IMG/VR virus record: IMGVR_UViG_2932189381_000001
Coordinates: 1 to 64,000 of that record
Direction: 5' to 3' (one strand)
Length of the DNA: 64,000 nt
Source: a virus
Lineage: Duplodnaviria > Caudoviricetes
Numbering within the stretch: the stretch's first letter is position 1; every line of letters starts with the position of its first letter. Shown in pieces: positions 9,858-18,905 of the stretch. The notes beneath the pieces were generated by a model. It did not search any database. It was not told the origin of the DNA and saw only the letters and a program-made list of their open reading frames with translations. A program made the position numbers and the translations under genes.

Positions 9858-9892
9858 GGCCGCCCCGCCCGCCCAAATCAGGCGGGGCGGCC
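9858..9892 (+). terminator. Stem-loop, probable terminator
   Basis: GGCCGCCCCGCC...GGCGGGGCGGCC. Confidence 0.55.
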
Positions 9893-9914
9893 TCCGAAGA
9901 GGAGACCACACATC

Positions 9915-10667
9915 GTGACCACTGACCACCGCGCCGAAGCCGAGAGGCTCCTCGCCTCCGCCGACACCGCCATCGCCGCAGCACTGGAGAAGACCCTCCC
10001 GCTCGAGGACCAGCAGCACGCGGCCGTCCTCACCGGAGTCCTCACGAACCGCGCCCTCGGGCACGCCATGCTCGCCGCCGACCGCGCCGCCACGGCCGAC
10101 ATCAGCAGCCTCCGGCACGCCATCCATACCTACCGCTTCGCCCTCATCCGGCAGGTCGCCGAAGGGCTCACCCTCAGCGAGGGCGACGAGGCCCACCGGC
10201 ACGCGCTCGGCCTCGCCCGCTTCCTCGACTCCGTCGACCTCAACATCGACCGCGAAGTCGACGCCTACATCGACGAACTCGGCTGGGGCGACCCGCGCGA
10301 CGCCTGGCTCTGCCCGACAGCCCGCCGCGCCAAGTGGGACGCCGAGATGCCCGACCCCTGGGCGACTCCCGCACCGCGCGACGAGACGGCGAGCCGCCGC
10401 GACGAAGCCCTCAAGGCGGACCCGTCCGCGTGGGAAATGCTCGGCCGCGCCATCCGCAAGGAGCGCGAGCGGCAGCAGCTGAGCCGACGCGCCCTGTCCG
10501 AGCGGGCCGAGGTCTCCGAGAAGGCCATCCAGACCGCGGAAGAGGGCCGCGTCCCGGCGAGCCGCTGGCCGCAGTCCCTGAACCGCATCACGACCGCACT
10601 CGGCATGGGGCCCGGAGTCGCCGTGGACATCGTCCTCAGCGCCTACCCCGACGACCCGCCTTTCTAG
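9915..10667 (+). CDS. Protein with C-terminal XRE HTH
   Basis: LGRAIRKERERQQLSRRALSERAEVSEKAIQTAEEG. Confidence 0.75.
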   Translation: MTTDHRAEAERLLASADTAIAAALEKTLPLEDQQHAAVLTGVLTNRALGHAMLAADRAATADISSLRHAIHTYRFALIRQVAEGLTLSEGDEAHRHALGLARFLDSVDLNIDREVDAYIDELGWGDPRDAWLCPTARRAKWDAEMPDPWATPAPRDETASRRDEALKADPSAWEMLGRAIRKERERQQLSRRALSERAEVSEKAIQTAEEGRVPASRWPQSLNRITTALGMGPGVAVDIVLSAYPDDPPF

Positions 10668-10731
10668 CCCGCACACGCCGGAGGCCGGCCCGCGGGAATC
10701 GGGCCGGCCCCTCACCCCAGGAGATTACGCG

Positions 10732-11079
10732 ATGGACAACGTCCAGAAGGTGGGCCGCTGCCAGCACTGCCAGCAGATTCGGCCCGTCTGGCACTACGAC
10801 GCCAAGTACGACAACGGCGAGGACATCTGGGCCACCCCGTACCCCGCCGAGGACTGGCCGTGGCCCGGCGCCTGGCTGTGCGCCCGCGACTGGAGCGCCG
10901 CCGAGACCGCCCGCGTCAACGGCCTGACCTTCCACGTCGAGCACGACCTCGAGGTGTGGTTCTGGCGCGAGGGCCAGGTGCGCATCTTCACCCCGGACGG
11001 CGAACTGCTCAGCCAGACCGAACGGGACCTCAAGACCTGCGAGGCCATCCTCGCCACCACCGAGGAGACCACGTCGTGA
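10732..11079 (+). CDS. Hypothetical phage protein
   Basis: RBS AGGAG, codon bias. Confidence 0.65.
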   Translation: MDNVQKVGRCQHCQQIRPVWHYDAKYDNGEDIWATPYPAEDWPWPGAWLCARDWSAAETARVNGLTFHVEHDLEVWFWREGQVRIFTPDGELLSQTERDLKTCEAILATTEETTS

Positions 11080-11483
11080 GCCACATTCAGCCCGCGTTCG
11101 ACGGCACGGAGATAGCCGCCCCGGCCCCCGCGAAGTCCCGCCGGATCATCGACGACTACGAGGCGTGGGTCGACGAGGTGTGGCCGTACTACGTGGCCGC
11201 CGCCGACACCATGCAGCCGTTCACCGTGGACGAGATCTCGCGCAAGCACCAACTCCCGGACCCCCCGCATCCCAAGAGTCAGTGGGGCAGTTTGCCGGGC
11301 CGCCTGCAGAACGAGGGCATCATCCGCCACCACGGCGCCTCCACTTCGGCCCGCGCCGGACACAGCATGGTCCACGTCTGGATCGGCGTACCCGCCGCCC
11401 ACCGTGAGGCCGTCGCCCGGCGCCGCCGCGAAGACCGCGCCGCAGCCCGCGCCGCCCGCCTCGAGCAGCGGAGGGCCGCGTGA
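11076..11483 (+). CDS. Hypothetical winged-helix-like protein
   Basis: PFTVDEI...WGSLPGRLQNEGII...HVW. Confidence 0.6.
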   Translation: MSHIQPAFDGTEIAAPAPAKSRRIIDDYEAWVDEVWPYYVAAADTMQPFTVDEISRKHQLPDPPHPKSQWGSLPGRLQNEGIIRHHGASTSARAGHSMVHVWIGVPAAHREAVARRRREDRAAARAARLEQRRAA

Positions 11484-11577
11484 CCGCCGCCCTCTTCCTC
11501 GCCGCCTTCGGCTTCACGGCCGGCATCGCCGCGGTCGCCTTCGCCCTCATCACCCGCCCCGCCCGCGGGAGGCAGCA

Positions 11578-11835
11578 GTGATCTCCGAAGCGCTCGAAGC
11601 GGTCGAGATCGTCATCTGGGGTGCGGTGATCTCCTTCGGCATCCTCGCCGCCCTCACCGCCTTCCTGATCATCGCCCTCGGCTACTGGACCGGCGTGTTC
11701 GCCATCTGGGCCGGACGACGCATCGCCGGACGCATCCACCCCCAGCCGCCGGCGGACCTCGAGGCCGACGACGACCAGCTCTTCGACGCCTGCGAAGCCG
11801 CCTGGAACGCCGACACCCGGAAGGAGAAGCCGTGA
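11578..11835 (+). CDS. Membrane protein
   Basis: Long hydrophobic N-terminal stretch. Confidence 0.55.
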   Translation: MISEALEAVEIVIWGAVISFGILAALTAFLIIALGYWTGVFAIWAGRRIAGRIHPQPPADLEADDDQLFDACEAAWNADTRKEKP

Positions 11836-12692
11836 CCACCGCCGTCCGTGAAGCCCCCCACCACCGCAACCTCACCTGCGTCAAGGAATACCGCTGCCGG
11901 CGGCCCGACTGCGTCGCCCGCAGCCAGGCCTACGAACGCCGCCGCTACCGGCAGAAGGGCTACGGAACCTGGCAGCCCCTCGTCGACGCCACCCCCGCCC
12001 GACAGCACATCGCCGCGCTGCGTGAGGCCGGGCACAGCATCCCCGACATTCAGCGGCAGGCTCGCGTCGGCAGCGCCACCCTCGCCCGCATCCTGTACGA
12101 CGGCGTCAACAAGCGCGCTGAGAGGATCCGGCCCGAGGTCGCCGAACGCATCCTCGCCGTCCCGGTCGGGCCCGCACCGATCAAACCGAACACGATCATC
12201 GACGCGACCGGCACCCGCCGACGGCTGCAAGCCCTCGTCTCAATGGGTTGGACCCTGAACGCACTCGGCCCGCGCCTTAGCTTCCACCCGCGCCGACTCA
12301 CCGACCTGATGTACGCCGACCGGGTCCTCGCGTCAACCGCACGCCGGATCGCCGAGGGCTACCGCATCGCGCAAACCCTGGACCCGGTGGCCCACGGCGT
12401 GCCCAAGCGCTCCGCAAGCCTGTCCCGCAACCTCGCCGCCCGCGAAGGCTGGCACGGGCCGCTTGCCTGGGATGACATCGACGACCCCGCCGCCAAGCCT
12501 GAAGCGCTCGGCCGCAAGCGGCGGCCAGGAACAGGGGTGTCCAAGATCCGGGCCGACGTGCAGCGCGTCGCCCAACTCACCGCCGCTGGCAAGTCCGCCC
12601 AGCAGATCGCGGATGAACTCGGCTGCCACAAGAGGACCGTCGTCCGTGCCCGCGGACGCGTCACCCCCGAAGTGCTCGAGGCCGCCGCATGA
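11832..12692 (+). CDS. Multi-HTH DNA-binding phage protein
   Basis: CRRPDC motif, GTRRRLQALVSMGW, C-terminal GKSAQQIADELGCHKRTVVR. Confidence 0.75.
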   Translation: MTTAVREAPHHRNLTCVKEYRCRRPDCVARSQAYERRRYRQKGYGTWQPLVDATPARQHIAALREAGHSIPDIQRQARVGSATLARILYDGVNKRAERIRPEVAERILAVPVGPAPIKPNTIIDATGTRRRLQALVSMGWTLNALGPRLSFHPRRLTDLMYADRVLASTARRIAEGYRIAQTLDPVAHGVPKRSASLSRNLAAREGWHGPLAWDDIDDPAAKPEALGRKRRPGTGVSKIRADVQRVAQLTAAGKSAQQIADELGCHKRTVVRARGRVTPEVLEAAA

Positions 12693-12931
12693 GCCGCTAC
12701 GCGTGGATGTCCGCCGCCCTGTGCGCGCAGGCCGACCCGGACGAGTGGCTGGACAACCTCGCCGGCGGCGGAAGCCGGGCCGCCAAACGCATCTGCGGAC
12801 ACTGCCCCGTCCGGGACGCCTGCACCGCACACGCCACCGCGCTCGAGCAGCACGACGGGGCCAGCCTGCGCGGCATCTGGGGCGGACACAGCCAGAAGCA
12901 ACGACGCCAGACCCGGCAGACCGCGGCCTGA
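12689..12931 (+). CDS. WhiB-family Fe-S transcription regulator
   Basis: C-AQADP...AKRICGHCPVRDAC...GIWGG. Confidence 0.9.
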   Translation: MSRYAWMSAALCAQADPDEWLDNLAGGGSRAAKRICGHCPVRDACTAHATALEQHDGASLRGIWGGHSQKQRRQTRQTAA

Positions 12932-12943
12932 CCCGCACGACAA

Positions 12944-12966
12944 AGGCCCCGCCACACGGCGGGGCC
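12944..12966. terminator. Bidirectional terminator between convergent genes
   Basis: GGCCCCGCC-ACAC-GGCGGGGCC preceded by AAA. Confidence 0.7.
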
Positions 12967-13002
12967 ACGGAGACGGACACCTACAGGAAGGAGGGGGAGA
13001 TG

Positions 13003-13308
13003 TCAGGTCGAGTCGAGGTCGTCGACCTTCTTGAGCATGAGCTCGAGGAACTTCTGGGGCCGTTCCTCCTTCGGCAGCTCGTTCATCGCCGCGTGGAACG
13101 CAGTGACCATGCGCCGGTCAGACATGGCCTGCTCGTAGAACTCCGCCGGCACGACGTAGGCACTCCGCGCCTTGCGCTCCGTAAAGGCCGCAGACCGGCC
13201 ACCGTACCGGACGTCGCGGATGAGCTGGGTCAGGTTCGCGCGGGCGTCGGTCATCGAGACCTCTGCCACTCCGTCGTCGGCGATCTGAATGCCCTGCTCA
13301 GCAGCCAT
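13003..13308 (-). CDS. Phd/YefM-family antitoxin-like DNA-binding protein (no adjacent toxin)
   Basis: EVSMTDARANLTQLIRDVRYGG...FTER...AYVVP; TACACT -10 box 6 nt before ATG (leaderless). Confidence 0.8.
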   Translation of the reverse strand: MAAEQGIQIADDGVAEVSMTDARANLTQLIRDVRYGGRSAAFTERKARSAYVVPAEFYEQAMSDRRMVTAFHAAMNELPKEERPQKFLELMLKKVDDLDST

Positions 13309-13325
13309 GGCCAGAGTGTAAGTCA

Positions 13326-13361
13326 TTTCCAACATCTCCAATCTGTTCAGTCTTTCCAATC
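13326..13361. repeat. Four 9-nt tandem repeats (T-T/C-TCCAATC-like), probable operator
   Basis: TTTCCAACA TCTCCAATC TGTTCAGTC TTTCCAATC. Confidence 0.6.
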
Positions 13362-13440
13362 TTTAAAGTAGCATGGCGGTGCGAGATCGGCACCGCCTTC
13401 GCACCACCCACTCCTGCCCTCGCAGAAAGAAAGGCCCACC

Positions 13441-14421
13441 GTGGCGAAGTACATGAACGTCGGCCGAAGTTGGCGAACCCCCGCCAAGCACGACCTCCTC
13501 AGCAGCATGCTCGGCCAGGAGGTCGGAGCCGCAGCCAAGATCCCCGACGCCCGCGTCTTGTCCTGGATCGACCTCACGGCAGGCGATGCAGCACGCGTCG
13601 ACGGCCTCGACTGGGCGACGGCCTGCTCGCCGGGCATCCTCGCTCGCCACGCGGCCAAGTCGAGCAAGCCTGTCGAGGTCGACCTGTACGAGATCCAGGC
13701 GGCCACCTACGACCGGCTGCTCAGCAACCTCGCCACCCATCTGCCTGCCCTCGGCTACGTACAGGTGAACGAAACCAGTTGGGAGATCAGCTCGCACGTC
13801 ACGCTGCGCACCCACAACAGCAGCGGACACGCCGCGTCGATCAACCACATCACCCGCAACCACGCCGTGTTCGTCGTCAACGACCCGAACGCCATCACCG
13901 AGTGGGCCATGCGCCCTACGTTCGCCGCCGAGATAGCCCAGGCGACCTGGCTGTTCCGAACGGTCTCGACGATGGGCTGCAACGTAGCGGGCATCAAGCG
14001 ACTGCCCATCAATGAGCGGATCGACTGGTTCGACACCGTGGAATCGCAGCAGGCGGCGCTGCCAGCACACCGCGACCTCCTTCTGGCATCGATCGCCCGC
14101 GATGAGGCGCAGTGGGCGTACCTGATCGGGACGGCCCGGAAGTGGCGTTCCACCACCGAGAAGGTTGTCGGGACCGCCTTCCGGAAGATCGGCAAGGGCG
14201 CTGCCGTGAGCTGGTTCCTGGATGACGCGGACGCGTTCCAGGAAGAGAAGCTGCGCCTGTTCCTGCAGAAGCCGGAGCGACGAAAGCTCGTCGGCCGGGA
14301 GGCGGAGTGGATCGCCGCGCGGCGTGCGGCGCGGTTGGCGATGCTGCCGGCGGAAGAAGCGGCAGACCGATCGGACGTCGATCTGGACGACGGGCTCTTC
14401 GGCATCGGGGACGTCGCCTAA
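13441..14421 (+). CDS. Three-Cys-motif partner (TcmP)-like Rossmann methyltransferase-fold protein
   Basis: TPAKHDLL, WIDLTAGD, CSP, VNDPN motifs; adjacent to DUF5131. Confidence 0.65.
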   Translation: MAKYMNVGRSWRTPAKHDLLSSMLGQEVGAAAKIPDARVLSWIDLTAGDAARVDGLDWATACSPGILARHAAKSSKPVEVDLYEIQAATYDRLLSNLATHLPALGYVQVNETSWEISSHVTLRTHNSSGHAASINHITRNHAVFVVNDPNAITEWAMRPTFAAEIAQATWLFRTVSTMGCNVAGIKRLPINERIDWFDTVESQQAALPAHRDLLLASIARDEAQWAYLIGTARKWRSTTEKVVGTAFRKIGKGAAVSWFLDDADAFQEEKLRLFLQKPERRKLVGREAEWIAARRAARLAMLPAEEAADRSDVDLDDGLFGIGDVA

Positions 14422-14681
14422 TGGCCCGCCACTACCAGCCGCCCGCTCCCGGTGACGTCCCGTACCGGACGTACCGCGAATACCTGCGCCATCCGCGATT
14501 CCTCGAGGTGCGCGCCGCGGTGTTCGAGCGGGCCGGCGGTCGATGCGAACGCTGCGGACTGCGGCCTCCGACCGAGCCGCACCACTGGCGCTATCCGCCC
14601 TGGGGCGCCTTCGACATCCCAGAGAACCTCACGGCGGTGTGCCACCACTGCCACTGCGAAATCCACGGCAAGGAGAACTGA
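14421..14681 (+). CDS. Small HNH endonuclease
   Basis: YREYLRHPRF...RAGGRCERCG...HH..Y...ENLTAVCHHCHCEIH. Confidence 0.85.
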   Translation: MARHYQPPAPGDVPYRTYREYLRHPRFLEVRAAVFERAGGRCERCGLRPPTEPHHWRYPPWGAFDIPENLTAVCHHCHCEIHGKEN

Positions 14682-14682
14682 C

Positions 14683-16158
14683 ATGGCGACACTCGGCCCC
14701 TACGAGGTGCACCCGTTCGCCGACGCCTTCCCGCTCATCGACGGCGAGGAGTTCGAGGAACTGGTTCGCGACGTCAAGCGCAACGGCTTGCGCGAGCCGA
14801 TCATCCTCAACCACGACCGGACCGTCCTCATCGACGGCCGCAACCGGTGGCGGGCCTGCGACGAAGCGGGCGTAGACCAGGTCTTCGAGACACTGCCCGC
14901 CCGCTACACCGAGTCGATGATCCTCGACCTGATCGTGTCGAAGAACATGGCCCGGCGGCAGCTCAACCCCGGGCAACGAGCGCTGATGGCGCTGGAGTAC
15001 GAGCGCTACTACGCCGAGGCTGCCAAGAAAGCCGAGGCCGCCCGCAAGCTGACTAACCCCAGCAATCAACATGTCACGCAGAGTAGTGCGACTCGCGCAG
15101 ATCTGCGCACTGCGGAGGAATGGGTAGAGCCGCAGGCCAGGCGTCAACAGCGATCCGACGAGCGCGCCGCGAAGGTCGTCGGAGCCTCCGGCCGTGCGGT
15201 CCAGCAAGCGAAGGCTGTGGCGCGCGACGCCCCTGACCTGGCCGCCAAGGTGCGGACAGGAGAGATCGCACTCGACGCCGCAGACAAACAGCGTCGCGCC
15301 CGCATCGCCGCCATGCCCAAGCCGGAGCGCGTTCCGTCGAAGCCGGGCCCCGTCATGTTGACGCTCCGCACTCACGACGGTGCCGAGGTCGCCTATCCGA
15401 AGCCGTCCGGAAAGGCCACGTTCAACGAGTCCAAAGGCGACGGGATTTCGTGGGCTGCCTGGTCCTGGAACCCCGTCACCGGATGCCTGCATGGCTGCAC
15501 CTACTGCTACGCCCGCGAGATCGCCACCAACGAGCGCTTCCGCCCCGGCTTCCCGGCCGGCTTCACCCCGCTGTTCCATCACGAGCGGCTTGACGCGCCG
15601 GCTAACACCGTCATCCCGGCCGCGCACCGCGACGACCCGGCCTACCAGCGAGTGTTCGTCTGCTCTATGGCCGACCTGTACGGCCGCTGGGTCCCGCAGG
15701 AGTGGATCGATCAGGTCCACGCCTCCATGTGTGCCAACCCGGCCTGGCAGTACATCACCCTCACCAAGTTCCCCGACCGATACGTCGGACTGGAGATGCC
15801 GCCCGGGGCTTGGGTCGGCACCAGTGTTGACGAACAGAAGCGCGTCCGCATCGCCGAACGAGCCTTCCAGCAGATCGACGGGGCCGCGGTCAAGTGGCTG
15901 TCCCTTGAGCCTCTGAAGGAGCCGCTCGAGTTCACGGACCTGTCGATGTTCGACTGGGTCGTCATCGGCGCTCAGACCGAAACCCGGCAGCCCGGCGGCA
16001 CGGTTCCCGCGTTCGCCCCGAACTTCGAATGGGTCGCCCGCATCGTCGCCCAGGCCCGCGAAGCCGGCTGCCGAGTGCACCTGAAGCCGAACCTCCTCGG
16101 GCGTACCGACTCCGGGCATCCCGGCATGCAGCTGCCTGACGAGTACCCGCTGCCGTGA
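14683..16158 (+). CDS. ParB-like N-terminal domain fused to DUF5131 (Gp37/Gp68, radical-SAM-like CxxxCxxC)
   Basis: HPFADAFP..DVKRNGLREPI..IDGRNRWRAC..SKNMARRQL; then WNPVTGCLHGCTYCYA, VFVCSMADL, LTK, WVGTSV, SLEPL, DWVVIG. Confidence 0.85.
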   Translation: MATLGPYEVHPFADAFPLIDGEEFEELVRDVKRNGLREPIILNHDRTVLIDGRNRWRACDEAGVDQVFETLPARYTESMILDLIVSKNMARRQLNPGQRALMALEYERYYAEAAKKAEAARKLTNPSNQHVTQSSATRADLRTAEEWVEPQARRQQRSDERAAKVVGASGRAVQQAKAVARDAPDLAAKVRTGEIALDAADKQRRARIAAMPKPERVPSKPGPVMLTLRTHDGAEVAYPKPSGKATFNESKGDGISWAAWSWNPVTGCLHGCTYCYAREIATNERFRPGFPAGFTPLFHHERLDAPANTVIPAAHRDDPAYQRVFVCSMADLYGRWVPQEWIDQVHASMCANPAWQYITLTKFPDRYVGLEMPPGAWVGTSVDEQKRVRIAERAFQQIDGAAVKWLSLEPLKEPLEFTDLSMFDWVVIGAQTETRQPGGTVPAFAPNFEWVARIVAQAREAGCRVHLKPNLLGRTDSGHPGMQLPDEYPLP

Positions 16159-16240
16159 CCGCGGAGGCCGCCGCGCGGCGGCCTCCGCCCTGTGCCCGCG
16201 CCGAATTTCCCGACCCACATCGCTTGAAAGAAGACAGCCA

Positions 16241-17398
16241 ATGCCCCGCATCCGCACTGTGAAGCCGGAGTTCTGGGAGGACGAGCTCCTCGGCGTCATG
16301 CCGCGCGACGCCCGCCTGCTCTTCATCGCGACGTTCAACATGGCGGACGACGAGGGCATCCTGCGCTGGACGCCGGCGTACATCAAGGCGCAGGCCTTCA
16401 TGTACGACGACGACCTCACGCTCAAGGACGTCGACCAGCTCATGCGGTGCCTCACCGACACCGGCCTCGTCTTCCCCTACGTCGGTGGAGTGGCCCGCCA
16501 GCAGATGGCCGTAGTCGTCAACTTCCGCAAGCACCAGCGGATCAACCGGCCCCAGAAGGGCAAGCTGCCACCTCCGTCGGTGGGCGCCTGGCAGGTCCGG
16601 GAGATGTACGCCCGCCGGGACGGCTGGACGTGCCAGCTGTGCGGCGGCGAGATCCCTCGGCGGATCGTCGCCAACGACGACCACAACCTGGTGGTCGACC
16701 ACATCCGCCCGGTCGTCGCCGGCGGCACCGACCACCCGTCGAACGTCCGCGCCGCGCACCAGGTGTGCGAGCGGAGCCGACGGGGCGCCCCGGAGGGAGA
16801 AGAGTTCTTTCCGCCCGCAGGACTGATCGGGCTTGAAGACTCACTGAACGATTCAGTGAACCGTTCAGTGAACGACTCAGTGAATGATTCTTACGCTCCG
16901 TCCACTTCTCAGCCTTCCATGGATACCGACAGTGAGTTTTCTTCACTGAACCATTCACTGATGGAAGGGAAGGGAAGGGAAGGGAACAGGGAAGGGAAGG
17001 GAACCCCCCCTACCCCCCGGCAGTCGTCCGGCAGCCCCACCGTCGCGCAGACGGGCGAGAGGGCAATCGAAGACCGGATGACCGACGCCTTCCTCGAGCG
17101 GTACCGCGCCGGGAACGCCTACAGCCAGCGTCAGGTCCGCAAGGTCATCGCCGACACCCTCGCCAACGGCACCGACTCCGGCGAGCTGTGGAAGGCCCTC
17201 GAGCGCCTCGGCTCCCTCTCGAAGCCCGTCAGCGCCGGGACCCTCCAGTTCGCCTTCTCCGAGATCCGCCAGGCGCAGAACGCCAGCAACGTCATCGCCC
17301 TCCCCGGCCAGCAGCTCACCGGTACCGACACCACGGTCGCCGGCTGGGGCGCTGTTGCCGACTCCTTCGACTCCTTCGACACCGAGGACACCGCATGA
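16241..17398 (+). CDS. Phage replication initiator with in-frame HNH domain
   Basis: MPRIRTVKPEFW N-terminus; RDGWTCQLCG..DHIRP...GGTD..SNVRAAHQVC; EGKGREG linker. Confidence 0.8.
   Translation: MPRIRTVKPEFWEDELLGVMPRDARLLFIATFNMADDEGILRWTPAYIKAQAFMYDDDLTLKDVDQLMRCLTDTGLVFPYVGGVARQQMAVVVNFRKHQRINRPQKGKLPPPSVGAWQVREMYARRDGWTCQLCGGEIPRRIVANDDHNLVVDHIRPVVAGGTDHPSNVRAAHQVCERSRRGAPEGEEFFPPAGLIGLEDSLNDSVNRSVNDSVNDSYAPSTSQPSMDTDSEFSSLNHSLMEGKGREGNREGKGTPPTPRQSSGSPTVAQTGERAIEDRMTDAFLERYRAGNAYSQRQVRKVIADTLANGTDSGELWKALERLGSLSKPVSAGTLQFAFSEIRQAQNASNVIALPGQQLTGTDTTVAGWGAVADSFDSFDTEDTA
16841..16960. repeat. Iteron-like 12-nt repeats, probable origin inside rep
   Basis: TCACTGAACGAT TCAGTGAACCGT TCAGTGAACGAC TCAGTGAATGAT; more at 16943; locally AT-rich; followed by (GGGAA)n. 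Confidence 0.7.
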
Positions 17399-18150
17399 AC
17401 CCGCGTGAAGCAGCCCAGCTGTTGGGCCACTGCGCAGCGTTCGACAACCGCAAGCCGTCCCAGGCCGCCGCGATGGCGTGGGCCGCCGCCCTCCAGGACG
17501 TGCCCCTGGACGACGACGCGAAGAACGCTGTTGCCGCCTACTACACGACCGCCCCGAAGGACCCTGACGCGAAGCTGTGGATCCTGCCGCATCACGTCCG
17601 CACCCTCCGCACGAAGATCCGCAACAAGCGGTTGGAGAACTTCCAGTACGAGCCGCTGCCGGATGAGACGACGGCCGAGTATCTGGCCCGCTATCGCGGC
17701 CAGGTGCAGGCGATTGCTTCGGGGCGGATAGCGGCCCCGACTGGCCGGCTGGCGCTCGAGGGCGGCCCGTCGAAGGAGTTCGTGGCTGAACTCGAGGCCC
17801 GCGGCTGGGAGGGCAACCGCGCCGTCCCCGGCGACGAGGACGAGCCCGCCGCCGAGCTGATCGAGACGGTGCAGCGTTCCGGCCCGCTCGGTATCGAGTG
17901 CCCGATGTGCGCGGCGGCGATCGGCTTTCCGTGCAAGGGCAGCAAGGGGACCCGGAAGTACCCGCTCGGTAAGCCGCTCGCGAAGCCGCACACGGCCCGC
18001 ATCCGGGCCGCTTCCGGTGAGGTGCAGCAGTCGCCGGAGGAGCGGGCCGCGGAGGAAGCGCGGATCCGTGAAGCCTCCGCTCGCGCTCTCGCCCGCATGC
18101 AGGCCGAGCAGGAGATCCATGACGCCGAGATCGTCGAGGAGGCGTCGTGA
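17395..18150 (+). CDS. Helicase loader/inhibitor-like protein with zinc finger
   Basis: EAAQLLGHCAAFDNRK...AWAAAL N-terminus; CPMCAAAIGFPC...PHTAR. Confidence 0.65.
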   Translation: MNPREAAQLLGHCAAFDNRKPSQAAAMAWAAALQDVPLDDDAKNAVAAYYTTAPKDPDAKLWILPHHVRTLRTKIRNKRLENFQYEPLPDETTAEYLARYRGQVQAIASGRIAAPTGRLALEGGPSKEFVAELEARGWEGNRAVPGDEDEPAAELIETVQRSGPLGIECPMCAAAIGFPCKGSKGTRKYPLGKPLAKPHTARIRAASGEVQQSPEERAAEEARIREASARALARMQAEQEIHDAEIVEEAS

Positions 18151-18533
18151 CCGACATCGAAGCCGCGCAGATCGCGGCTGCCCGCCGGGACGGTTCGCTC
18201 AAGAGCCTGCTGCGTCAGCAGATCTCCGAGGGCAAGGCCCGTCTCGGTACTGCGGTCGTCAAGGAGTGGCCGTCCGGCCGGCGTCGGGACGTCAACGGCA
18301 TCACCTGCCCGCACTGTCATGCCGGCCCGGATCAGCGCTGTCACGTTCTGAGCCGCGACAAGACGTTGCCGAAGCCGCACCAGCAGCGGCTCGCGGTGTG
18401 GGCGCAGACCGTCGCCTGCTGCCCCGACTGTCAGGTCGTGCCCGGAGTGCGCTGCCACACCGGCGGGCTGCCGCTGCCGCCCGCCACCGTTCACGCCCGC
18501 CGCTACACCGAAGCCGAGGAGACCGCCGCATGA
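18147..18533 (+). CDS. Double zinc-finger protein
   Basis: CPHCHAGPDQRC...PHQQR and CPDCQVVPGVRC...HARR. Confidence 0.75.
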   Translation: MTDIEAAQIAAARRDGSLKSLLRQQISEGKARLGTAVVKEWPSGRRRDVNGITCPHCHAGPDQRCHVLSRDKTLPKPHQQRLAVWAQTVACCPDCQVVPGVRCHTGGLPLPPATVHARRYTEAEETAA

Positions 18534-18808
18534 AGGTCCGCGCCGACATCGCTGCCCTTCTCCGTGAGGGCCACACCAACATCTCGATCGCCAACCGGCT
18601 GGACTGTGATCCGTCCACCGTCGCCCGAGCCCGGAAGGCTCTCCGTCTCCCGCCTGCCGACCGTTTGGGCCGGCTGTACCTCGAGGCGGTCCCCACTGGC
18701 CGTGTGAAGGACTACCGGCCCGCAGACGGCTGGATGCCCGTCAGCCCCGCGCAGCAGCAAGCCAACCGGGAACGGCTCCTCGCCGCCCTCCGAGGAGAAG
18801 CCGCGTGA
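18530..18808 (+). CDS. HTH protein
   Basis: LLREGHTNISIANRLDCDPSTVARAR. Confidence 0.7.
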   Translation: MKVRADIAALLREGHTNISIANRLDCDPSTVARARKALRLPPADRLGRLYLEAVPTGRVKDYRPADGWMPVSPAQQQANRERLLAALRGEAA

Positions 18809-18905
18809 CCGCCTCTGGCCTGACTCCGCCGCCGGGTGTGTGCACCTGCGCCAAGTGCGGCGGCAACCCCAACAGCCGCACCACCCACCGAGAGGACGCT
18901 GCCTG

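Noticed and set aside
13003-14421. Canonical type II toxin-antitoxin pair
   Set aside because: No co-oriented RelE/Doc/VapC-like gene next to the Phd homologue.
16963-17003. (GGGAA)n run as a separate element or G-quadruplex
   Set aside because: Encodes the EGKGREG linker typical of phage initiators; treated as part of the origin region.
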